Shown piece after piece: positions 12,931 through 25,189 of a stretch of DNA of 64,000 nt. The stretch covers positions 144,584,001 through 144,648,000 of the forward strand of contig OX597817.1 of assembly GCA_951406725.2 (NCBI GenBank), in the 5' to 3' direction. The notes below the pieces were generated by a model. That model was not told where the DNA came from. It did not search any database and worked only from the letters and a program-made list of their open reading frames with translations. The DNA comes from Octopus vulgaris. Its lineage: Eukaryota. Position numbers and translations under genes: made by a program. How positions within the stretch are numbered: the stretch's first letter is position 1; each line of letters starts with the position of its first letter.

Positions 12931-13595
12931 GAAGATAGGATGGTAAGGATTACTAGAAAGAACTGTAATAGCTTTTATAATACTACATCTTCAATAAGGA
13001 ATAGTCAAATACATGTGTTTGCAAACAAGTGCTAACAAATATAAACAATCTGTATGAAGAGTCAATGCACAAAATATGTGTCATAACATGAAATATTCAT
13101 GAGAACTGAAACACGTATTTTCATATTGATACACACTCGTTTTTTTACATAAACATACATATATTTATATATAGCTGCATATTCATGTGTGTGTGTGTAT
13201 GTATGCATGCATACATTCTCTACAGAATGTCAGACATTCCTATTGACAGGAAATTAGAATGCTAGAACTTTAATTCTAAAAATTTGCCGTTATTCCAAAT
13301 ATAATGAGATGGTATTGAAACATTAAATAGATGTGTGTATATATACATATTTATAGATACATGCTTATCTATGTATGTGTGTGTGTAATTGTATATATAT
13401 TTATATACATATTCACACATGTGTGAATATATATATGCATATATGTGTGTGTGTAAATATATGAGTGTGTATATATGTGTGAGTATATAATATGCAACTC
13501 CAAAATACATAACGAAAGATAAATATCTGAAAGAACTGTTTTGCTCACTTTTTACATGACAATGCTGTTTGGTCTGACCTAGAACTTAACAACAT

Positions 13596-13960
13596 TAACC
13601 TTGTGTTACGATGCTTCTGCTGAAATACCTTGCCTTTGTTTCTATTCATTTTGGAAATAATGAAAAATTTAGCAAAAGCATTTTACCATTATTAAGCTGG
13701 TGTTTGGGACATAACATGAAATTTCGGGGAAAAGTTTTAATTTTGATCACTTTAACCCCTTTTATTCTTATATTTCTGCTGAAATCACACTGCCTGTTTC
13801 AATTCATTTTGAAAATAATGAACATTTAGTAGAATAACTTGGCCATTATTAATCTGATGTTTGGAACTTAGACTAACACAAAATTCTGATGGAAGGTTTT
13901 GATTTAAATGATTTTAAATTAGGAAGTTTATATATTATAGAACCCAGGGGTGATTTTTAA
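13596..13960 (+). mobile_element. Two tandem diverged copies of a TTAA-CC-ended MITE-like repeat
   Basis: 13596-13752 resembles 13752-13960; relatives at 5515-5712 (-) and ~42710-42900. Confidence 0.5.
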
Positions 13961-14099
13961 GTGGCTTCAATATTTAGTCTTAGCATTCAATTGGCAATAA
14001 GTAAATGCTATTGACAAAGCCTAACAAGGCAGAAATGCATCTAGCATTCTCAATGCTGCTACTGTTGAACAATTTCCGTCTGCTACTGATTATAATCAT

Positions 14100-14305
14100 T
14101 TTCTTTTATCTTTTACTTGTTTCAGTCTTTAGACTGTGGCCATGCTGGGACACTGCCTTGAATTTTGAGTTGAATGGTACTTGTTTTTTTTTTTTAAGCC
14201 TGGTACTTAAAATCTGTTTGTCCCTTTTGCTAAACCACTAAGTCATGGGGACATAAACACACCAACACTGGTTGTCATGCAGTAGTGATAGACACACAAA
14301 GATAT

Positions 14306-14342
<37 letters not shown>

Positions 14343-14497
14343 CGACAGGCTCCTTTCAGTTTCCATCTTCCAAATCCCCTCACAAGGCTTTGGTTGATCT
14401 GAGGCTATAATGAGAGACACTTGCCCAAGGTGCCACTCAGTGGGACTGATCCCGGAACCATGTAGTTAGGAAGCAAGCTTCTTACCACACAGCCATT
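14100..14497 (-). mobile_element. SINE family A
   Basis: Reverse-complement match to the family. Confidence 0.85.
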
Positions 14498-15656
14498 CTA
14501 TCATAATTTAATGTCTGCTTTCCGTGCTGGCATGGGTTGGGCAGTTTGACGAGATCTGCTGATCGCTACGGCCACATTGGGCTCTAAAGTCATCTTTTGT
14601 ATTTTTAAACACAGTGCATCCATGTTAGAGGTACACTCTCCAGACAAAACACCACAGTTAATTTGTCTATTTGGGATGTATTTGCATTAAGAACTCCAGA
14701 TGGCTCAGATGGTTCTCCAATATTTGTTTTAAGTAAACTTCAATCATTGTAAAAACTTGCTGTGTTGTGGATTCTTTCATATCTATATTTGGTATTTCCT
14801 GTTTCAGATGTCTATTGAATGTGTCTGTATTTGTGACATCACACGGTTTAGCTGACATTGAGGTCAAGGGTCAGGTGTGAAACAGTTACTGTTGTCAATT
14901 TCAGTTGTCACAATTTTTCTTTTCCTCTCTCTTTTCCTCTTTTTTTTTTTTGTTCTTTTCCTTCGCTAGAGTCATTCTGGAATGAGAATAGATCCTGCTA
15001 TAATTTCTATGGTTATTTTGTTTTTAATTGTAACAGAGAGATTGTGTTCTCTATTATACTACTTTACACATATGTCTACACACATGCGTACATGCACATG
15101 TCAAACCAATAAGAGTGCTTCTATGTGGTTGCTCTATCTGTTAGAAATAGCAGCCAAATCTGTTTAAATAAAAATACTTTTGCAACACCATCACATACAT
15201 AAGTACATGAACACACACACACAATCATACTTTAAAACACACACACACAGTTGCTAGAATTTGGTACTGCATGAAGATTGAAGGTCAGTGAGTTTTCTTT
15301 AAACATTTCAAAAATATTATAAAATGCACATGAAGAAACTTCTTTGTGATGCAGTCTCTTGGTTTGCTAGAAATAGTTGGCAAGTCTCCCTCTAATCACA
15401 CCTTACAGTTTTAACTACAAAAAAGAAAAGGACCAATTAGATAATGTGGCCCTATATGCCCCCACCCACATACACACAAATGGGGCAGTCATGCCTGGAA
15501 TGCTTCTCATTATAGATCTGTTGTGTCATGGTTGACCTTGGACTAGGCAACATATTTAGCTCTTCTAATGTTTGATGGTGAATCCTGGAAAAATTTAACA
15601 GTGGAAACACATATGGAGAGGCAGAAAAAAATGTCTTTTACAAAAATACTCTTTCA

Positions 15657-15735
15657 GGGCATATGTCATATGGTGTAGTGGTTAAGAGCGCAGTCTACTA
15701 ATCCCAAGATTTTGAGTTCGATTCCAGGCAGTGGA
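15657..15735 (+). mobile_element. Isolated tRNA-derived head of the hammerhead-bearing family
   Basis: A box TGGTGTAGTGG, B box GAGTTCGATTCC; matches 32808-32882. Confidence 0.75.
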
Positions 15736-15964
15736 ACTTAGTGGTACTTAGTATGTCGTTTGATTAATTTTACTCTTTCAACTATTTAATGCTTTATGGG
15801 GGCCTGCAATCACCTATATTATTGATTCTGTTATTATCATTTTTTAGATTACTTGCATTGGATAATAACAAAATTAATGATATCTTCGCAAATTGATTTT
15901 TCATGAATTATTTTTCTCATGAATTGTTTGCCCCTGTATCGATATATACAATATATATGTGTGT

Positions 15965-16168
15965 GTAAATTGTGATACGGCTATTGTTCACAACAGAACA
16001 TGTGCAACTTGTGGAAAGGTGTGCTTTACAGCTGGAGGATTGAAAAGGCATATCAAAAGACTTCATACTGTGGCACCTGTTCCCTTTGCCAGCCAGCACA
16101 GCTGTGCATTATGAAATAAATTATGCAAATTTTTGACCAGACTCAAGAGTTATATAAGGGCCTCACAT
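15965..16168 (+). pseudogene. Two-finger C2H2 zinc-finger remnant, probably an RTE-type ORF C-terminus
   Basis: CATCGKVCFTAGGLKRHIKRLH at 16001-16066, then CAL*NKLCKFLTRLKSYIRASH. Confidence 0.7.
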
Positions 16169-16261
16169 TCCATCATCAGAGACTCATTTCAGTGATTTTT
16201 TCTAGCAATGGCTTTACTCGTATATCAGAAAGCAACTGAGATATATGCATACATATATATA

Positions 16262-16478
16262 TTCTTATATTCTTGTATTTGCTTCAGTTATTTGACTGTG
16301 GCCATACTGGAGCACCGTCTTTTACTCTTTGTAAGCCTAGTACTTATTCTATTGGTCTCTTTTGCCAAACTGCTAAGTTATGGGGACGTAAACACACCAG
16401 CATCAGTTGTCAAGCGATGGAAAAGGGACAAACACAGACACACAAAAACTTACACACACACACACATACACACACACA

Positions 16479-16528
<50 letters not shown>

Positions 16529-16678
16529 ATGGGCTTCTTTCAGTTTCTGTGTAGTAAATCCACTCAAAGGTATTGGTTGGCTTGAAGACACTTGCCCAAA
16601 GTGCTACACAGTGGGACAGAACCCAGAACCATGTGGTTAATAAGTAAGCTAATTACCACACAGCTACTCCTGTGCCTA
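16262..16678 (-). mobile_element. SINE family A with expanded (CA)n
   Basis: Reverse-complement match to the family. Confidence 0.85.
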
Positions 16679-17654
16679 TACAACATTTTTGATGGTTGAC
16701 TGTAGATGATTGGTGAGTGTGTGTATTTTACATGCTTGTTTTTTTTAGAAATCTTAGGCAGGTTCTTCAATGTCTTTGTTCCAAACTGAAAAGAACAGTG
16801 TGTGCATGCGCATGCAGGTGCATATGCATGCATAATCAATTGAATTCAGACTGTCAATTTCTTTGGATACCTTTGGAGGCTTTTCTCATTGATTTTGTCA
16901 AATTCTGTTTATATTTAAATAAATCACCCTCACGGAATCAGTATTGTTATGTAATATTAGCTTTTTGAAAGAAAAACAAACATTTCCCCTCCACCATCAC
17001 ACACAAGCACAAACATTCCTTTTGAATAATGGTTTAAAGGAACATTGTTTTATGTCTAAAGGTATTGTTGTTTGTTTTGCTATTTTAAGCAGCCATCTTT
17101 TCAAAGTGTGGTTCATAAAAGATGGAAGTCTATAGCAAGTATGTTGCGAGTGAAAGAACTTGTTTAAACGAGAATATAAAAAAGGCAAAAGCAAAGTCTT
17201 CAGTGTGAGTATGTGGTTTGTAGGGTCGACCGCGTCCTCCGCTTCATTTTGTGTAAATCACTCATTCTCATTTAATTGTATATATTTTAATTGTTTGTTT
17301 ATTCATACGGTTCGTCTCATTCGATACCCTGACCCCAATATTTGTTTTGTCTGTCCTGGTATCGTCCCCTCTTTTTCTCAACCTTATGGTGAATAAAGAA
17401 ATTCTCTCTTATTCTTATTTCATTTCTACCTTATTTCCAGTCCCCTACACATTTTTCAACTCTTTTTTTTTTTGCCATTTCCAAGTTTGTTTTTATATTC
17501 CTGCCTTTTTTTTTACAACATGCTGGTGAATTACTTTGTTTGTTTTCAATGAGCCAGTAGTTTTTTTTTAAAGCTTAAACGTAACTCACTAATGCTATAA
17601 AGGAAGGCATGAATATCACACATTCACACCATAATTCCTAGATTTCATCTCTTT

Positions 17655-17850
17655 CATCATCGTCAGCATCATTTAACGTCTGTTTTCCATGCTGGTATGG
17701 GTTGGATGGTTTGACAGGAGCTGGTAAGGCCAGGGGCTGTACCAGGCCCCATTGTCCGTTTTGGCATAGCTTCTATGGCGGGATGCTCTTCCAAACACCA
17801 ACCACATTACTGAGTGTGCAGGATGCATTTTAAAGTGGCACCAACATCAG
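17655..17850 (-). mobile_element. SINE family C 3' fragment
   Basis: (CAT)n-TTTAACGTC-TTCCATGCTGG tail in reverse orientation. Confidence 0.7.
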
Positions 17851-18149
17851 TGCTTCTTATTGCTTCATGTACCTTGGATTGTGTAATATGACAAATAGAA
17901 TACAGAGCTACATGTGATGTTTACCAGCTTTACCACATGTTTCCAATTTCTAATTACTCTCCTGCTCTGTTTCTATTTTCCATGCTTCTCTATCATTATT
18001 ACCCTGAGGTTTTTTGTTCTTCCATATTTTCTGTTACAAACATCCACCTTCTTTTCAAGTAGATACCCACACACAAACACACACATGCACACACACACAC
18101 GTGTTAATGAGCTGCAAAGCAAAAATGACTTTTTTTTTCCATATAAATA

Positions 18150-18311
18150 GGCATAGGAGTGGCTGTGTGGTAAGTAGCTTGCTTACCAACCACATGGTTC
18201 CGGGTTCAGTCCCACTGCGTGGCACCTTGGGCAAGTGTCTTCTACTATAGCCTCAGGCTGACCAAAGCCTTGTGAGTGGATTTAGTTGACAGAAACTGAA
18301 AGAAGCCCATC

Positions 18312-18343
<32 letters not shown>

Positions 18344-18740
18344 ATATGTTTGTGTGTCTGTGTATGTCCCCCCCCCCCCCCAACATCGCTTGACAACCGA
18401 TGCTGGTGTGTTTATGTCCCTGTCATTTAGCGGTTCGGCAAAAGAGACCGATAGAATAAGTACTAGGCTTACAAAGAATAAGTCCTGGGGTCAGTTTGCT
18501 TCACTCAATAAACACAGACAGTGCCTGGTCTGGGGATCAAAACCGTGATCCTACAACTGCAAGTCCACTGCCCTAACCACTGGGCCATTGCGCCTCCACA
18601 ATTAGTATGTAATATGTAACATTATGATGGTTTTTAGAGAATGACTTGTCTCATAAATGTAGTTGTAATAGTGTAATAGTGGTGCTCCAGCATGGCCACA
18701 GTCAAATGACTGAAACAAATAAAAGAGTAAAAGAGTAAAA
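18150..18740 (+). mobile_element. SINE family A interrupted by a 175-bp local duplication
   Basis: Body stops at ~18500 and resumes at ~18680 (GGTGCTCCAGCATGG). Confidence 0.88.
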
Positions 18741-19764
18741 TAAGCTGATGATTTACAGCTTTTACCACTGCTGTTACATGTCTCAGTTAAAATGCAATGC
18801 AAAAATCAAGTCAGATGGCATTGTTGCCCCAACATATCTCTCTTCAGACTGCCAATAGAAAAAAAAACATCTGCTACATCATTTACAAACATATTCTTGC
18901 AGGTGCTGATGGTCTATTTAGTAGCTTGCTTTAGTTCCTACATGCCAGAGTAGTTGATGAAGCCACCCTTAGATGGATAAACTCGATTATAAGTTGGACA
19001 CTTGAAGGATTATTGATATGGATAAGGTTTCCTTTCCTGGTGTCTTCTTTCAGTTTTGCATATTAAATGCAATGCTCTTCAAATGTTTAGATGTAGTTTT
19101 GCTCCATGATGTTCTATCAGTTGCAATTTTTTTACCCAGAATGCCACATGAATACTGTTTTTTGTTTTGTGGTTTAAGATGTTAGCTTCCCAGTTATAAG
19201 GCTTTGAGTTTAGTCTCGCTACATGGTACCTTGGACAAGTGTCTTTTAGAGTCTCAAGCAAATCAAAGCCTTGTGGTGTTAGGAAGGGCATCCAGCTGTA
19301 GAAGCCATGCCAAAACCGAGAATGGGGCCTGATATGGCCCCCACCCAAGCCTTGCTTGCTCCTGTCAAATTCTTAAATCCATGCCAGCATGGAAAATGGA
19401 CATTGAATGATGAGGACGATGATGACGATGACATAATGTACGCATGCTTGTGTGTGTGTGCGTGCGCATGTTTATGTTCCCATGTCTTGGCAATGTAAAA
19501 TAGTTATAAATATCACTAGGCAGTGTCATTCATTTCTAGTGTTCTGTGAAAGCATGTCTGGCCATGGGAAAATGTTATCTTGCTTGGAAAAGGCAATATT
19601 GAGGGTCGGTGACAGGAAGGGCATCAGGATGTAGAAAATCTGCCTCAATAAATTCTATTCAACTTATCAAAGAATGGAAAAGTGGATGTTAAAACAATGT
19701 AGAAGCCAATCTTTGTTTCATTGTTTCAATTTAGAAAGAGGTAGGAAAGAGGGGAAAAAAAAAG

Positions 19765-20182
19765 GGCTGGTGAGCTGGCAGAAACATTAGCATGCCGGGC
19801 GAAGTGCTAGCAGTATTTCATCTGCTATTACGTTCTGAGTTCAAATTCTGCCGAGGTCGACTTTGTCTTTTATCCTTTCGGGGTCGATTAAATAAGTACC
19901 AGTTACGCACTGGGGTCGATATAATCGACTTAATCCATTTATTTGTCTGTCCTTGTTTGTCCTCTCTGTGTTTAGCCCCTTGTGGGTAGTAAATAAATAG
20001 GTATTTCATCTGTCTTTACGTTCTGAGTTCAAATTCTGCCGAGGTCGACTTTGCCTTTCATCCTTTTGGGGTCAATTAATTAAGTACCAGTTATGCACTG
20101 ATAATCGACTTAATCGACTTAATCCCTTTGTTAGTCCTTGTTTGCCCCCTCTATGTTTAGCCCCTTGTGGGCAATAAAGAAT
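19765..20182 (+). mobile_element. SINE family B, dimeric
   Basis: Two GAGTTCAAATTC..GGTCGACTTTG units. Confidence 0.88.
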
Positions 20183-20769
20183 TAAGAATTAAGAGGTAGG
20201 ATCTTTTCCTAGAATATAGTTCTCCATGCAGTAGGTGCTTTGGAATTCATTCATCTTTCTTTGAAACTATATGGCTTGTGTGTGTATACACATGTGTATA
20301 CACCCACATGCATCCACACATGTATACGTGCACAGACGTAACACTTTTTTGAGTTCTCTACGAAATACAGCATCCATTCATCATGTTACTTGATGACAGT
20401 TTATTTCTCTGGCTAACGATTGCTCATCACCATTCACGTCATCAAAGCATAGAATAAGGAAAGAGGAAGGAAGTGGAAAGCATGAAATGTTGGCAAGAAA
20501 GCAAAGCTATTTTTCTTGGTGGTGGTTGTGGTGGTGGTGCTGCTGGTATTTAGCCCCAGGTCAGTCCTATGCTCAGAAGCATTCCAATTATGATCATCCC
20601 ATCTTTTCAAGAGTATCTCAGCTACATTATTTACTGTATCATTATTTAAGATGAGAGTGATTTAAAGACACCTTGGCTGCTATATTTAGCATATTGGGAG
20701 ATTACATGAAGTTGTCTTGCTTGTTTATCATTGTGTTTTTTGTAGTAAAGGCACCAGTGACGTCGCAGC

Positions 20770-21088
20770 TCATTTATTAACGTGCAAGTGGCTGAGCACT
20801 CCACAGACACGTGTACCCTTAATGTAGTTCTCAGGGAGATTCAGCATGACACAGAATGTAACAAAGCTTGTCCTTTGAAATACAGGTACAACAGAAACAG
20901 GAAGAAAGAGTGAGAGAAAGTTGTGGTGAAAGAGTACAGCAGGGTTCACCACCACCCCCTGCTGGAGCCTCGTGGAGCTTTAGGTGTTTTCACTCAATAA
21001 ACACAGACAGTGCCTGGTCTGGGGATCAAAACCGTGATCCTACAACCGTGAGTCCACTGCCCTAACCACTGGGCCATTGCGCCTCCAC
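20770..21088 (-). mobile_element. SINE family D, tail type 2
   Basis: Head GGAGGCGCAATGGCCCAGTGGTTAGG; tail shared with ~56830-56950. Confidence 0.85.
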
Positions 21089-21356
21089 AATAAGTATGTA
21101 ATATGTAACATTATGATGGTTTTTAGAGAATGACTTGTCTCATAAATGTAGTTGTAATAGTGTGATACTCAGCCAGTTCTGATTGAGTAGCCTTATAATC
21201 AAGTGTTCTAGCTCTGATGATCCAGTCTTATCTTCAAGCATATATTGGACGATATTACCCAATGTGTTATTTGTAGCAGAGTTGGTTGTTACCTACAATG
21301 GTGGTTGACTGCATAAAAACTTCCTTATGGGCCTGTGGGACATAAATGTAATATAT

Positions 21357-21489
21357 TTAACCCTTCAGCAGTTAGATTTTTAGAATGACATTGCAGGTTA
21401 GGTGTGATAGGCAGGATCTGGCCAATTTAGACATAAAACTGGTAGGCTGTTTGGGTTAGCTCTGCCTAACTTAAATGCTAAAGGGTTAA
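21357..21489 (+). mobile_element. piggyBac-like MITE, internally deleted
   Basis: TTAA-CCCTTCAGCA ... TGCTAAAGGG-TTAA. Confidence 0.75.
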
Positions 21490-21822
21490 ACATGACCCAA
21501 AAGAAAGGGATGTATCTTAAGAGAGAGAGATAGAGAGAGTAAGGAATGAGAGCCATACATTTTACTTCATGCCATTACCAACAGTGAGTAGACAGGCGAG
21601 ACATGGCACGCCGTCTAATTCTATCTATAACCAATGCTAGAGTAAAAATAAATGAAGCGATATAATGTTGGTGTTGAGTCACTTGACTGTACATTGCCTC
21701 CTTTAAGAAGAATCACTGATGTCAATTAACTATACTTTCTTGTCGAAGAATGAAATCAATATTATAAAGATTATAAATATTCTCTCTGCAACAAATCAAT
21801 TTTCTTTTGACTGCTGACTTAG

Positions 21823-21940
21823 ATTCGAGTTTACAAGCGGCAGCTTTGACTTACCATTGTTATATAAATCAACTTTTTGGAAACTGCCTTTGTATACTTC
21901 CCTGAATCAAGGGTTAACATTTTTGGGAAAGTATGACGTG
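21823..21940 (+). CDS. Candidate internal exon
   Basis: Pyrimidine tract/ctgacttAG acceptor, GTG|GTGAGC donor, 39 open codons FEFTSGSFDLPLL...GKYDV; no homology recognised. Confidence 0.2.
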
Positions 21941-22382
21941 GTGAGCATGAATATATGGCAGTTCCTAAAGTTTTGTCTAATTTGAATATGAGAACTAACA
22001 AGAGAACTTCTGTATGGTTGCTGACCCCTGCAAGAAATTGCAGCTAAATCTTCTTTAAATCACATCCTTAAGATGTAAATAAGGAAAGGATAACATCCAT
22101 CTTCAAAACTGAAAAACATAATGGAAAATGATGCCAAAGTGAATTTTTTTTTTATGAACAAGTCACAGAAGAAGGGCCATGCCCATAATCTTTTGCTGGG
22201 CTTCAGATTGTGAGAAGAGTGGGAAAGGTCGCAGACTAGGTACACACTCATGACTGGATATCTTTGAATATATTTTTCTTCAATCAGAGCTGACTTGGTG
22301 CTTTGTAACAACTACAAGACACCAGAGGTAAACCACTGGTAACTGATATGGAATAGGATTTTAGCCCTCATAGTTTTACAGT

Positions 22383-22414
<32 letters not shown>

Positions 22415-22433
22415 AGAAAGAAAGAGCATGTAT

Positions 22434-22843
22434 TAGGCACGTGCCATCAGTAATTACTTAGGGTAGGAATTTGGTAACCTTTATGTAGTAAAACACACAA
22501 AAAAATAAGTGAAACACAGGCATGCGACTGAGTTGGAGGCAGATTTACTTCTGCCTTTATAGTGCATAAAGAAAACATTGTTGTAGGAATGTATGCAGCA
22601 TGTGTACTACAGCAGTACTATACGTATATTGAATACTGAAATTAAAAGGCGGGGCCGAAATAAACCTCCCTAATCGATAAAAGAATAAAAAATATTTTGC
22701 GCTTTATACATGGTACTCAGAGTAACCTTCATAATTTTATTGAATTAGGTACATATTTTGCCATGAAAAGAAAATGTTGTTATCGATCTATTTTATTCAT
22801 GGTAGGCACTGCCTACCTTGCCTACCCAGGTGGCATGTTCCTA
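22434..22843. mobile_element. hAT-like MITE
   Basis: TAGGCACGTGCCA / TGGCATGTTCCTA termini, subterminal GCCTACC repeats, degenerate 8-bp flanks. Confidence 0.5.
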
Positions 22844-22877
22844 ATATGTGTGTGTATAGATTGTTTTATTGTTATTG

Positions 22878-23038
22878 CTATTTCAGTCATTAGACTGTGG
22901 CCATGCCAGAGCACTGCCTTCAAGGATTTTAATTGAATCTTCCCAGTACTTATTTCCAACTCTAGTACTCGTTCTAGTACTCAGTTGTGGGACTGTAAAC
23001 ACACCAATACCCGTTGTCAGTCAGTCAGTGGCGAGGGA

Positions 23039-23074
<36 letters not shown>

Positions 23075-23172
23075 TACATGACATGTCTTTTCAGTTTCCA
23101 TCTTTCAAATCCACTCACAAGGCTTTGGATGGCTTGAAGCTGTAGTAGAAAACACCTGCCATACCTGCGCCT
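22878..23172 (-). mobile_element. SINE family A, deleted
   Basis: Reverse-complement match to the family. Confidence 0.75.
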
Positions 23173-23229
23173 ATGCACGCACACACACATACACACCTCT
23201 TCAGTCCAGTCAGAATGAACCTATTTTGA

Positions 23230-23276
23230 CTGACCTGAAGAAGTGGCTACCTGCTATGGAAACTCCTAAGCATCAG
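23230..23276 (+). ncRNA. Degenerate hammerhead motif at an inverted junction
   Basis: ctgac-CTGAAGA-a-gtggc..gctat-g-GAAAC...atcag; 23197-23216 is an inverted copy of its 5' part. Confidence 0.45.
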
Positions 23277-23914
23277 ACCATTGGATTGTCTTCCATAAAT
23301 AATGCACACACACACGCACATTCCACTGTGTTCTTGCCATAAAAACGACAGCTATTTCAATCACATTCATTAGTTGAATATTCTACATTTTTGTAGAATT
23401 TCAGTTTTTCTTCATTTTTCTTTTTCCTTCTTTTCCATGAAATATGACTACATCAAGTTTAAATAGCTTTTCTTTTTTTGTTTTATACATTTTCGAAAAC
23501 ATTGGTAATTGGCATTTCATGGCGTCTGTCTCCTTTCTTGGTCATTACATTGTATTGCAAGCTCTCTGCTATGATAATACTGAATTATGTAGGCATCTGT
23601 GATAATGTCGCAAGTCATTTGTTCATTTAATGTGGGTTTTTCCATGCTTGCATGGGTTGGATGGGAATTTAGTTGGGGCAAGATTTTACAGTCAGGATCG
23701 CTTCCTGTCACCAACCTTTACCTGTTTCTTAAGTAAGAGGCTTTTTTTTTAATTCCATTTTTCCGAATGTGTGGAGCAACTTAGTCTTACTGTCAACAAG
23801 GACTGTAGGTGTCATATTGTTGTCTTGCTCAGACTGGACAAGCAAAGATGTAGAATGTCAACTATCACATAGTCACTCACATGCATACATACATACATAT
23901 ATGTGTACATACTT

Positions 23915-24472
23915 ACATGGTCGCGGTCCCCTCGTTATCGAGTATGACCATTGCACAAAGCTTAATCAATGTTGTTATCATGCAATGCCTGTGCAAGAAG
24001 ATTTTTTTTTAAGTGAGGAAAGGCTGTGCACTGAGTCAATCCCACTCACTAAGGAACAGCAGCCATAATCCGAAAAGATGAACAAGTCAACATCATCGGT
24101 AACCACTGAGCCACAGGTTTTATGTTGGAGTTATCCCAGTTACCTGAGTTACCTTCTCCTAGAAGGATGCCCTAACAAAGGCTAGGAGTCCTTCACTCCC
24201 AATGGTTTAACCGCGCGATCAGGTATTCAGTCCAATTATTTCTATGTCCCTGCACATGATACAGCCTTAAGACATTTATTGGATGGCCGTTGACTCTCAA
24301 GAGTTTCTCCGCCCTTTGATGGGTTTTGTTTTTCATCCCGCAGGATGTTCAATAAACACCCTCCTCACCAAGCAAGCTTGGTGGGGTTGCCGGTTTAGTC
24401 GCCGACAACCCGACCATGCAACAGGTTGTACTGGGTTACATGTTACCAGCAGCACTCGAAAGTGACCTGACC
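23915..24472 (-). mobile_element. Non-autonomous element with an RTE-like 5' UTR
   Basis: GGCATCCTTCTAGGAGAAGGTAACTC resembles a conserved RTE 5' UTR motif; CpG-rich; ends in a (TATG)-like tail. Confidence 0.55.
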
Positions 24473-24528
24473 TATATACATACATACAAGCATGCCTACA
24501 TATATAAATGCATGCATTTATATATGCA

Positions 24529-24755
24529 GGTGGCAAGCTGGCAGAAACGTTTGCATGCCGGGCAAAATGCTTAGCGGTATTTCGTCTGCTGTTATGTTCT
24601 GAGTTCAAATTCCGCTGAAGTCGACTTTGCCTTTCATCCTTTCAGGGTCGATAAATTAAGTACCACTTACGCACTGGGGTTGATGTAACCAACTTAATCC
24701 CTTTGTCTCTCCTTGTTTGTCCCCTCTATGTCGGGCCCCTGTGGGCAATAAAAAA
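24529..24755 (+). mobile_element. SINE family B
   Basis: Match to the family. Confidence 0.88.
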
Positions 24756-24949
24756 AATATATAAATGCATGCATGCATATACATCATCATTATCATTGTT
24801 ATACTGTTTTTCAAAGTAGTGTGGTGTGATATGAGAAAGTATTGATGGTTCAGTTTGTTGTTTGATTATATTGAGGTGTATTGAGATAATACTGGCAGTA
24901 ACATGTGAACTGGTCTCAATGCGCTGATATACCATGTGTAGTACAATTC

Positions 24950-25149
24950 AGTATTTCAGAGACGGGGAATTTTATATATTATGTATGAGTGGGTGATGTC
25001 CTCATCTTGAGTGTTGCTTTGACTGCTTTTCAGCTGTTGTATGTACACTTTAGACTTCTTCAGGTGTCTTGAGATTCACCTTAGTGTCTCACCTGGAATT
25101 GAACTCAGAACCTCATTAACTGGCACCTTTATCCACTACGCTATGCCCT
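24950..25149 (-). mobile_element. Diverged tRNA-head plus hammerhead element
   Basis: GGGCATAGCGTAGTGG...GAGTTCAATTCCAGG head; AAGACAC-CTGAAGA...cagct-GAAA; CAAGATGAGGACA; AATTCCCCGTCTCT tail. Confidence 0.7.
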
Positions 25150-25189
25150 GGATGAGGACACCACTCCGACTGATATATAATATATTGTG

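Noticed and set aside
14667-14867. Protein-like 66-aa minus ORF
   Set aside because: No recognisable domain, weak splice context, and a competing plus-strand candidate
15657-15735. Functional tRNA gene
   Set aside because: No proper acceptor stem; same sequence as the SINE head at 32808
16112-16114. TGA at a Cys position as selenocysteine
   Set aside because: The same finger also has His>Tyr and I see no SECIS; simple decay explains it
21855-21901. Minus-strand 47-nt exon with a GTAAGT donor
   Set aside because: Isolated, no partner exon or homology; expected by chance
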